A stretch of 64,000 nt of DNA from the NCBI RefSeq assembly GCF_902459465.1, contig NC_047081.1:10230001-10294000 (forward strand). Direction: 5' to 3'. The notes below the pieces were generated by a model. That model had not been told where the DNA came from, did no database searches, and was given only the letters and a program-made list of their open reading frames with translations. The translations under genes were made by a program, and so were the position numbers. Positions 38,248 to 49,399 of this stretch are shown here, piece by piece; the first letter of the stretch is position 1; the number at the start of each line of letters is the position of its first letter. Source of the stretch: Asterias rubens. Its lineage: Eukaryota.

Positions 38248-39442
38248 ATGGCAGAATCTACGGAAGAAAATGCTGTGGCTAGCAGACGAACTTTAGACAA
38301 GATTTGCTACTCGTATTTACCCGTATTAGGGGCTGCAAGTCACACGCTGTTTGCCGTACACATGCTTGACAGGAATCTACTACCAAGGTATGAAATATTT
38401 GTGATTATTGTAGCAATAAACGCAAAATAATGGCTTACATTGTTTCGCGTTGTTCGCCAAAAAAAAGGTACAACGTTGAGCGTATCCGTATGGGCCTGAA
38501 AATGAAACGAAAGTCCAACAAGACTGGTTTATTATGCACAAAGATTGAAATGGACCGTGGTAAGGGAAAAGGTACCTAGGTATACAACTAAACATTTTCT
38601 TTGGGCATGAGCTGCCCACCTTCCTTTGGCTTTGCTTGGTTGAATTGTCCTTTTAACTGGGTCAAAGTTGCCACGCCCAAAAAAATAAAAATATTTAACA
38701 TGAAAAGTGTGTTGTTATAACTTAAGACTACATGTATATTCATTAAGTAAACAACTGCTGATATATATTTCCATTGCTTTTTAAACTTTTTAGCCGCCGA
38801 AAAGATGATTTACGCTACTCAAACAAGTTAAACACATTTTAATAAATTTGACAAAACACTCTAGACAGCAGACTAAAGTTGAAGTAAGAAAGCTAGTTTA
38901 CATCTGTATGCCTGCTAATTACTTGCTGCAGAAGTCTCCCGAATTCCAAAAAATCTGCTCCACGGTAGAATACGGAGCAAGACAAGTTCTCAAAAGAACA
39001 TAATCGACCTGGCAAGAAAATATACACGTGGTGTTACCGCAAGCCAGTATTGATACCTCACCATGCATTGCTCAAATCCAACAGAACTCTGCTCATTTTC
39101 AACAAATCTAATCACTGTTTATGATTTGGTCTTCCCTCTCGCAGGTTGTTCCCAAGATGGCATCTCGGTGTCGCCAACAGTCTTCTCTTCAACTCTCACC
39201 TCGGCGTTGGGCTCTACATCTTCAATCGTCCCTCTCTGCGCGCCGCTACCATGCAACAGCGCATCCTCTGGAGCGTTTACAGCAGTGCCATGTTTAACTT
39301 TGGCTCTGTGCTTCTGTTTGCGACGGGGAAGCAACTGCTGACGGAAGACAGATTTGTTGGGACTCTCTACGCCATGTCGGCCAGTCTGTGCTTTCTGGTC
39401 GTTGGAAAACAGTTCTTTGATTTCTTGGACTCTCGAATATGA
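38248..39442 (+). CDS. Uncharacterised small multi-pass membrane protein, 145 aa. Exons 38248-38387, 39145-39442
   Basis: ATG in good context (caacATGG), strong donor AG|GTATGA and acceptor ctctcgcag, and the phases match. There are four hydrophobic, small-residue-rich segments. I cannot name the family. Confidence 0.8.
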
Positions 39443-40544
39443 AGATACTCTGGGGAAAAGGATGGCTCAACTCAAACCCTCTTAGTCTTGAATCAAGACT
39501 CCTCCTATTATTGATATATTTGCCCATGATCTATGGCCACAAGAGGGCTCCCTTCCAACCTTAATACATTTATATGGCGCTTAATCTGTTTGCTCTAAGG
39601 TGCTTCACAAGAGTAATAATAATACTATAGCATTTATTAGGCGCACTTTACTGAAAACATTCAAAGGCGCCAGTCTTGAAGAAGAGTCATAGCAGTTTAT
39701 GATAGCGATTATTTGCTTACAGAGCCCTCTATCGACAAGGCATTAAACAACAGGAGTAGAGCTTTCTCGATTATAAAACAACAGGAGCGTCTTGAACGAA
39801 GACTACAAACCCATTCGTGGGATAGGTTGCTCAAAATGTAATTGATTCATCTAATTTACCCAATTTTACATTTGTTTATCTGCATTATTGCAAATTACAG
39901 CCCTGTAGCCTAATCATGGCCTTTTGCTTGATGAGCCATTATTAGCCTTAATGTTCTGTTTTTTCACCCCTCTTTTTTACTCTCATTTTTTGACATAAAC
40001 AGTAACCAGTACTATGGAAGTTAAAGCCTAGGGGTTATTATCCACTGCATGCCATGTAGCCTTCTAGTTGCAGTGTCATTATAAAAGTAGATGACATATC
40101 TAGGAGGACAAGTGCATTAATTGAAAACATATGTATATTTTAAATAATAATTCTCTTCAAAACTAAGATATCTGTATCACAATGGCTGCCAAAATTAGCA
40201 AAACTTGTCTAGCTTGACTATGCACAAAGTTGAAATTAGATTAATTTAATGATCATTTAAAACAAATTTAAACTTCTAATTATTTTTAAAGCAGTAGTAC
40301 AGGTGTGGAGTTTCATCTTTGAGAGTGCAACGGCACTTCCATTAGTAAATCTTAAAGTCTATGGGAAACTTTTGAAGGGGCACCAAGGTCATGCACAGAA
40401 GACAACAGAGGCTATGTCAGCAGGCGGGCCTGGAATTTCATATAATATGAGAGGGCAAGGCCAGTTTCGTTCTTCCATTGGGAAATAATTATTAGTTATG
40501 GGAAACTTTTGAAGGACAACAGAGGCTATGGCTTCCCTTACCAG

Positions 40545-41075
40545 GGGCGGATTGCAATAAAACGGTCTTAGTCAGCGGTCTAAGACCAGTCAGTTATAGC
40601 AGGCTATCTGCCTTAGACGGTCTTAGCTTAGTCAGTCATAAAGCCTGTTGCAATAAGACAGTCTTAGATAAGTCAGCGAAAAGTAATGCAATACGAACCA
40701 TCGTCCCATAAGCACTTCTGCAGGCACTGGCGGTATGGCATTGTTCTTATTGCTTTGGTTTGAATCATCGGATATCCAATCTCTGAGTTGTATAATTTTT
40801 ACTGTTGGGAACATGACACTTACGATACAAAGTATCATCATCATAATGCCTCTAATGGGTGTAATCTATTTCTAAAACACAATCTCATCCTAGAGCTCTT
40901 TGTATCAAATCATCTACAACTAACAAATGCAGCACCAGGCTTAAGATTTAAGACTGGCTATAATTATAGACCACGCTATTGCAATCGGTCTATAATTAAA
41001 GACTGTCTAAGCGTGTTTCAAGTTAGCCGGCTATAGCGCATAGACCGGCTTAAGACCGCTTGGTGCAATCCGCCC
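40545..41075. mobile_element. 531-bp Harbinger-type MITE with CAG TSD
   Basis: cag-GGGCGGATTGCA...TGCAATCCGCCC-cag, with subterminal GGTCTTAG/CTAAGACC repeats. Confidence 0.8.
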
Positions 41076-42574
41076 CAGGTCTTGTAGTATGGTAAGATGC
41101 ACTTGCCTTTTTACTTCTGAAATAATAATATAAATAATAAAAAATAATGGATAATTGTTTTTGCAAAGGATATGATGGTGTTGAAGCACGGAACATAAAA
41201 TAATGTGTAGACAGTGTGCAAAGCAAAGCTGACTTTGTTGGAATTATTTTACCAATTATCAGTAAAAACCATTGCCTAATTATTAGAAATAAACACAACT
41301 TTTAACTAAAACACCAACAAATGTGAAGTGATTTGAAAAGTCTTTGTGTCACATAATAGCATATTTTGTTGTTAAACAACCTACACTGGGCATTGTATGG
41401 AGATTATTGCTTGAAACACTTCACTGTAATTATTTTGTAGTATTTCGTCACTCTAAAGCATGGAGCAATAAAGCCGCTCTATAACAAAATATAAAACATT
41501 ATGCAACTTATTGTTCCGGCCAAACTTTAATAATTATGCCTAACTATTTAAAAGGGATCAATGGGACAGACTTGGTTCAAAAATTTCCCACATTCAAGTT
41601 TTAATTTGGCTAGCGCGAATTTTAAAAAGGACAACTTCAATTGCGGCCAACATCCCTGTCATTGATCCTCTTTAGTTGCCGTGTGATACAAACATGTAGC
41701 CTACACACATTGAGAAATTTCAGACTTTTATGTCTGTCTGAATTCTACAGGGTTTTTTTAAAAGATGTTTGCGGCCTGGCTATAAAACGTGGGAATAATC
41801 ATGTTTTCTTCACTCAGAATAAAGAACGGGATTGGGGAGGGGACAGGGCGCGCGGTGCCCCCGGTAAAAATTTTGAAAACGGAACAACTTTATAAAATCA
41901 TCCCAGCCAGAACCCCAACGCAGGCTTTGGTCTAGACCTCTCAATAGGATGAACAGAAATTCCCCAGTTTAGAAGATTGATTTGGGTCTGAAATGCCGTT
42001 TAAGGCTGACCCTATAGCTGGACAAAGCACCATGCCCGCTTTTTGTTTTTGTTTAGTTTTTTAGTGATGACCCGCCCGATGAATGCTAGTGCGCCGTTGC
42101 TCCTTGAAATCACTATAATAAAGTCGCATGCCACGGTTTACCGAACTTTTGATTGTAGTTCTGACCTTTTGGTCGGCAATTTCCCATACTGCTCATTAGA
42201 GAAAAAAAATTACAATTCATTATGGCCCAATTTCATAGCAGCAAAAACTGCTTGGGGAGCCGGGGGGGGGGGGGGGGGGGGGGACAACATTTCCTTGCTA
42301 ACCGAAAAAAGGGAGGCCTACGGGGCTGCTGCAGCAAAAAGTTGATAAAGTTATTTGTAAACTTACTTTTTTTCTAGCAGTCTACGTGATCATTATATTA
42401 GGACGATGAAGGAATAAATCAACGGGCCAAAAACGGTAATTAGTTAACATTGATGAAAACAAAAAAATTGTGTTTTCATACAATATTGCACATGGGGGGG
42501 GGGGGCGACAGTCCATACAATCCCGTCCACGAGAGGGCGCCCTCTTCAAGACTGCCTTGTGGACACGACGTTCC

Positions 42575-42700
42575 TTTAACGTGATTGGTCAACAAATATT
42601 CCCTGACGCCTTCTGATTCGCTACTTCGAACTTGGCGGATTGCATGAATGACATTCTACGAGCTGGAAGTTTAAATGGTCGCACGGTGAGTTTTGAGCTG
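42575..42700 (+). promoter_or_regulatory. Candidate CDK1 core promoter / non-coding first exon
   Basis: ATTGG at 42584, TTGGCGG (E2F-like) at 42632, TTTAAA (CHR variant) at 42670, and CG|GTGAGT at 42685/42686 which is a possible donor. CpG-rich relative to the flanks. Confidence 0.55.
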
Positions 42701-43375
42701 CCCGTTTTTGTATTTTTTAAAAGCATTTTGACGACCTTTACAGTCGATTTTGTTTAAGAATGTTTGATGAATCAAACGATCAGTATATTGATGTACATTA
42801 CTGTGAGAGGATGTTTGTTGAAGCATTAGATTTACTCACTTTTTAAAAAGAGAGATTTTTGGGGTTGTATTTTTGTCACTCTTCCCTTCGTCTTCGACGA
42901 CCTCCTCAGCCCGCAGTGTTCACAATAAATCCATTGTTCTCACTGTTATGATGGTTATCCTTCAATACAATTGAAATCTGGTTGGAATATTGGGCATGTA
43001 TGTATACGTATGTGTAGAGCAAGTTAGAGAGCTAGGCATTGTACATACAATTAATGACAAAATGTTTGAACTTGTTGATGGGCATTTATTTGTTTAAATT
43101 ATATTTTTTCAATCCATTCTATCTTAAATAAATAAAATAGCCTAATAGGCCTATAAAGTTTTACTTAAAATTTAAATTTAAATTAAACTTAAGATTTAAA
43201 TGAACTGGAGAAAATTCCTTTTTTTTTCATTTTCTAATTCTTTTGTTTAAAAACTATTATATTATTATTAAAACTACATTTGTAACTAACAGGCTGGGCT
43301 GGGTAGATTTTAAACTGAATTATTCAATTGTGCCTTGGTTGAATGAATTTTGACTTTGATTGAGTTATTAATTAA

Positions 43376-43470
43376 ACAAAGACAAATTTTACAAAAAAGA
43401 GCATGTCTCAGGACATTGGTTCAACATGTTCAATCCCTGCAACCTGCTCTTTTGTAAATTTGTCTTTGTG
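43376..43470. repeat. Degenerate ~95-bp hairpin element in CDK1 intron 1
   Basis: ACAAAGACAAATTTTACAAAAAAGAGCA ... TGCTCTTTTGTAAATTTGTCTTTGT. Confidence 0.65.
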
Positions 43471-43814
43471 GAGTGCTTATTTATTGCCTCAAAGAAAAGA
43501 ATTGTCAGGAAAATAACATGAATAATAACTTCCAAAAGTCCCAGGTACAACTGTACGAAGAATGCGTTAATAAATTAAAATAGTTTGTCAAACTTAGTTA
43601 GCCGTTACTCGTTAGCCTCATCGCAATTTTTTATGATTAATTGTTTTATTTAAAAAGAAATTTGGATTGTCATGATTGTACTCTAAAATATGTCATAAAT
43701 AAATTTTGTCTTATGAAACTGTTCTCGTTTCAGGTACAAACTGTGTTTACAGTCGTCATTTTTGTAAATAGTTGTATTGTAAACAAACAAATCAAAATGG
43801 ACAAACAACCCACG

Positions 43815-46800
43815 ATGGAGGACTATGCGAAGATCGAGAAAATCGGAGAAGGTACATAAGAAATGAAAAAATAAGAACAAAAATCAAAAGATGATTACTG
43901 AAGCAGGCAAACCTAAAAAAAAAAACAGACAAAAGTATAAAAAAAAATGAACTATTCAAAGTTTCACATTATTTGTAGTGTGAATCACAATAAATAACTT
44001 ATTTTAAAATAATTTCCAACCACAATTAATTTCATAACATTACCATACTATTTAAAAAGTCACAGAAAGCTGATAATACTGAAACGGGTACCGGTAATCT
44101 AAAAAAAAAACCAATTTAACCAAAACAAATAACTTGGAAACAGATTAAAAGTTTCACAACAAAACTACTACTTCCAAAATATATTTTCATCCATATTGAT
44201 TTCATACCTTTAAGTTTTAATACCCCCCTCCCCCCAAATGCAGTGAACGATTTCCCTTGTTAAGCAGAGCAAAATGCTATGAAAAAAAATGTATTGTTTG
44301 CTAATTCAAAAATCATTTTTCTTATTATTCAAAATAACTATTCAGTGTGCACAATTTTCTTTTCAGTCAAAATGTTTTGCTATAAAGCAAAAATGCTGGA
44401 TAAAATCATTCCCTGCAATGCTTTTTAAAGTCGAAAGTCCAATCCAAAGCCTATGTTATCGAAATGTTATAATGTATTCCAAAATTTGTTATTGTTTGCA
44501 GGCACGTACGGTGTGGTTTACAAGGGACGCTGCAAGAAGGACGGCACCATTGTGGCGCTAAAGAAGATTCGTCTTGAAAGTGAGGAGGAAGGAGTTCCAA
44601 GCACTGCCATCAGAGAGATCTCCCTCCTCAAGGAGCTACAACACCCAAACATTGTCAAGTGAGTTTACTCAACCACTTTCAAAATAACCGAAATAACCCT
44701 TACTTGAACTTTTTCCCAGCACTCTGAGCAAAATACACTGTGCTGCCCCCAGACTTCCCCCAGATTGCCACTTCAGCAATGATGGCAACCTCGGTAGTCT
44801 AGTTGGTAAGACACTGCTCTAGAATTTGCAAGGGTCGTGGGTTTGAATCCCACACGAGTAAATATGCCTGTGATATTTTGTTCACAGGGCTCAGGAAAGA
44901 ACTGAGTATACAGTGCTAACACACATTGGTGTACGGGTAAAAACCAAAATTAATATTTTCTTAATGTCCTTGTTGCAGCTTGAGCAACGTCTTGATGCAA
45001 GAGAGCAGGTTGTACTTGGTCTTTGAATTCCTTAAAATGGACCTGAAGAAATACATGGAGACGCTACGAGGCACCGTCATGGACCCCGCTCTTGTCAAGG
45101 TAAGCGTCAGATCTCACACTTACGAACATGTCCTAAAATAATCTCACAGGAGGGTCTATTGTTTTCTATAGACCTAATCTAGGAAAGAGTGTACAAAATA
45201 TTTGGAAAAAATGCGATACAAATTTTCAGGGAGAAAATAAATTGTTGACTTTTGTTTCTACAGAGCTACCTCCACCAGATAGTACAGGGCATCCTCTTCT
45301 GCCACTGCCGTCGGGTCCTTCACAGAGATCTCAAACCGCAGAATCTTCTCATCAACGAGAAAGGTATCATTAAGCTGGCAGACTTTGGGCTAGCGAGGGC
45401 GTTTGGCATCCCTGTCAGAGTATACACGCACGAGGTAATTTCAGTTTTGTTCTTTCCTTTTGGCTGAATAGTTTGTTTTAAAAGCTTTCAAAAAAAAAAA
45501 AAAAAAATGCATTCGTTTGGATTGCAAAGTAACTATAACCCTTTCATTCTCCATTTCATTGAGCATAAGGACACATTTTATGTTGATTCATTTTTTAAGA
45601 AAAAAAGCAACAACAAAAAAAGGGTCACCGACACGATAGCACCCTCAGGAGTCCTCTTTCTCATTCTGAAAACTGTGTGGTCGCGTGATCTTTATTTTTA
45701 CAATTTTAACACTTATAACTTTTGTAATGATTTGAATCTATTAAATCTATTCTTTTGACACTCAGGTGGTGACCCTATGGTACAGGGCCCCCGAGGTGCT
45801 ATTGGGTTGCCCGCGGTACTCTACACCTGTTGATGTCTGGAGCATAGGGTGCATCTTTGCCGAGATGGTCACAAAGAGACCATTGTTCCACGGAGACTCA
45901 GAGATTGATCAACTCTTTAGAATATTCAGGTCAGTGAACAAAATGACTTCAATATATAACATTTGGTTTGGGGTAACACCATGTGTGTGCTTACTTGCCA
46001 GTTAGATTTTGTTTAGAGAACTGTCTTGCTACATATTTTTCTACAATGAAGTAGATGTTCGGATTTAGGGAGACATATCTCTTCTGAACTTCAGACTTTT
46101 CAGTTCTGAACTGAAAAGAACTGACCTGCCTTTTAACTTCTACCTAGGCAGAAGGTAGAAAATCGGCCGGCACTACTATTTTGAGTTTACAGTGGATCGT
46201 TATTTAATTTTAACTTGATTTTTAATTCTTCAAATCTTGTAATTTCTTTAATGACTACAGAACTCTAGGAACTCCGACTGATAAGACATGGCCTGGAGTC
46301 ACGGAGCTCCCCGACTACAAACCGACCTTCCCCAACTGGAGCACCAATAATCTTGCCAAGTCGGTCAAGACGCTTGACCCACAGGGTCTGGATCTCCTGC
46401 AGGTCAGTGGGGGCTGAGAGCCCTTAAAAAAAAAAAATTGTAATTCAATTGGCTAAGCCACAAACAGTTGTTAAAATTTCTTTAGACCGGACTAAGATGT
46501 CACCTGAATACTATGGTGCTTTCCTAATGCTCTGCTTTTAACATTGAAAAATTAACCCGGGCCATTTTTTAAAATTTTGTTGAACACAAACACTTCAGAA
46601 ACAATGCAAGGTGTTGACAAGATTCTTCAAATAAACAGGGGCTAATTTCATAAACCCCGTCAGCACAAAAACTTACTAAGCACAGAATAGCATAGCATCG
46701 CATAGCAAATACAGGCTATCAGCCAAAAGTACGTTAAGTTTGCTTTTTGTGGCTTATGAGCCCTACTCAGTTTTTGCTTGGCAAAGAAATTTGTCTTTGT

Positions 46801-47015
46801 CAAGCGTATTTTTTTGGCTCAACAGCTTTATGAAGTTGGGCCCTGATTCCCTTCTATGATCCTTTTTTTTATATAAATATTTTTGTTTCTTTGCAAAACA
46901 ACAGAAAATGCTGATCTACGACCCATCAAAGAGAATCTCCTGCAAGGCAGCGCTTACTCACCCGTACCTCCGAGATTACGACAGCACCGTAATGCCGGCA
47001 AGACTTGGTCAGTGA
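43815..47015 (+). CDS. CDK1: Cyclin-dependent kinase 1 (Cdc2), 300 aa (306 aa from the in-frame ATG at 43797). Exons 43815-43851, 44502-44658, 44979-45099, 45264-45434, 45766-45929, 46261-46402, 46905-47015
   Basis: [53 protein letters not shown] and [12 protein letters not shown]. The exon sizes of 37/157 nt match vertebrate CDK1 as recalled. The C-terminus RLGQ matches starfish Cdc2 as recalled. Confidence 0.97.
44785..44958 (+). mobile_element. tRNA-derived SINE (family B)
   Basis: Cloverleaf-like head CTCGG-TA-GTCT..AGAC..GTGGG TTTGAAT CCCAC-ACGAG followed by a unique tail. Reverse copies at 63565-63727 and 26130-26250. Confidence 0.75.
46639..46842. mobile_element. Harbinger-type MITE in the last CDK1 intron
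   Basis: cag-GGGCTAATTTCATAAA...TTTATGAAGTTGGGCC-ctg. Confidence 0.7.
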
Positions 47016-48442
47016 AGCTGTCCCATCCCAATGCAATCACAATAGAGCTAACTTCACAAGAGTTCACTAATAATATGCTAAGCACAGAAACATTTTCCAA
47101 AGTTGAAATGAGTTTTACAAGTAAAAATACCATGTATGTTTGCAACTTGTACCATGCTAATTCAGCTAAACAGATACTTTCTTCTGCTTAGCAGCTCTTG
47201 TGAGATTGGATCGAAGTCATGAAGCGTTGTACATAACGGACTGTATATGATTTGTACATATCCTCTTGTTTATTTGTATTCGTTGCAGAAATCATTAGCA
47301 AAATTTAAAGTGAAATATTGTTGCGTGTGTAGTTTTTGTATGAATAGTGTTTGTTGATTTTCCTAAAAAGATGCATAAAAGAGGGGGGTAGGGGGAATGC
47401 TAAGAATCCTCTGAATGAAAATTGGCGTCGAAGGCGCAGCGACTATTTTGCTTTTTTTCTAAAATGGGGTTACTCGGGAGCACTATGCATCAAGTGTGCT
47501 TTTATTTCTGAACTTGCTTAAAACAATTGATACATTTGTAGAGAATTGTGTTAAAAAATCAATGAAACTATCACTATTTTGCTGGAACCATATTATGTCT
47601 GGTAGTTTAAAGTATAATTCATTATCATAGGTAGCAAAAGACTAGGGTTACACCCCAAAGATGCATTACTTGATACAGTTAGATCCTTCTCAGATTATTT
47701 CACTATTTTATCGCTCATGTACGAGTCCCTAATGTCATAACATACACACACACCGAAAGCACTGTGTGGCAGTCTCTGTTAAAGCCATATTGTTTTTCAA
47801 GAACGAGTTCAGTTTGAATTTGCAAACTATTATTGTGACTCCAAATTAATTCAGTAAGAGTAGGCTTATAGATATTCATATTATTTACCATGATATTAAA
47901 AATTGAATTTGAAATCGTGGAGTTTTTCAAACGTCCTAACTATTGTTAAGTTAAATGTGTATTGTAGTTAAATATTTAGGTATACAATTCATCTGGAGAA
48001 AATTCAATTTCATGGTTGTGGTTTCAGGGTCGAGTAGTTGCCTACAGAAATCATAATACACTGTACACGTACAGGGAACTTGTTGCTCTCCAACACAACA
48101 ATTAAGTATATGTTTAGTAACGACTTATTAGATCCTACCGAGATAATGTACAGTTCAACACTACACTAAACCTGTACTATATAGGGCAAATGTACAGAAC
48201 AACATCAAGAAATAAACAAACGAAAAATGTATGATCTGGTGTGACTAATTGACTTTATTTATTATACAATACTTGCATGAAGACAAAATTAATGAAAATA
48301 GGTATAACAATCCATATGAATTTAAAACAGTAAAAAAAATCAACAAGAATAAAATAGGGTTGATACTGTGGGAAAGAACAATAATTCAGAACAATGGAAA
48401 ATGGCACAAATATGGACTTTGATTTGTCTGTGCGCAAAGCAG

Positions 48443-48587
48443 GGGTGGATTTCATAAAGAGTTAAGACTAGTCTTATCTCAAGTTAGGACGAGTTACTCA
48501 TCCTAACTTGGGACTAGCCTTAAGTTTTTAGTACCTCCTATGACTAGTCCTATGTTAGGACTAGTCTTAACTCGGTTAAATTGACCC
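48443..48587. mobile_element. Harbinger-type MITE between the CDK1 and LARP7 3' ends
   Basis: cag-GGGTGGATTTCATAAAG...AAATTGACCC-cag. Same family as 25102. Confidence 0.75.
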
Positions 48588-49399
48588 CAGATTTAATGTT
48601 CAGGACTTCAGAATGTACTCTTTATGTATGAACAAAAAAAAATCTTCCGTATAAAGAGAGCCGACTACATGTACATGTAGTGTACAATAAAAAAAAAGGG
48701 AATACTCACATAGGGACAGTTGGAATTTCATAAGTCATGGTCTTCAATGATTTGATCCCAATCATAGCAACTGCCTTTACATGTGAAAGGAACACGTGGG
48801 AAGGGTATGGGACACTCTAGTATTGTTCTTTACACACAAACAACACAATAGTATAATCCAATATTGAAGAATTTTGTATGAATTTAATGTCAAGAAATTG
48901 GGGCGTATGTACACTGTTGATTGGTCAATGCGTTAACCAATTCACGTCAGACGTATTTATTTATCCCTTATTTGTGAGACTCTTTAATGTTTTTCATTTG
49001 TCAAGTCAAGCTTTCATTGTGGCAACATTATTTAAAAAAAAAAAATGCACTAACTCAAGAAGCTAAAAAAAAATAAGAAAATTAAAACCATGGCTGGGCA
49101 CGGACAATTTGTCAGGGTATCAACATGCTGTGGTGAAGGGGCACAAGGAGCTCGGATTTTCACACACAATGCCCCTTTCCGAAGAAGGGAAAAAAAGTTC
49201 AGGACTGCAGACAAAATAAAATATGAATTGGTAAAAATTAAAAGCATAAAAATGTTAATCTCAAACAATCAAGTGCCGTCTAGACAAAAACAAATATCAC
49301 AGCTACAGTCAGGCCGTACATCGTCTCGAAGTCAGGAAAATATTGAAACATATTGAACTGACGTTACTACAACATTTCTGCAGCGGTCAACAAATCAAT

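Noticed and set aside
39119-39527. Minus-strand ORFs over the TM gene exon 2
   Set aside because: Shadows of the plus-strand exon, which has proper splice signals and a start exon.
42262-42283. G22 tract (also G/C runs at 38141, 42493, 56971, 61355) as regulatory G-quadruplexes
   Set aside because: Simple homopolymers, one of them inside a MITE. Lengths are unreliable in assemblies and there is no supporting context.
44785-44865. Possible genuine tRNA genes (also 59535-59610, 63650-63727, 17495-17590)
   Set aside because: Anticodon arms are irregular and each is attached to a shared non-tRNA tail or leader present in several copies. They are SINE-like, not tRNA genes.
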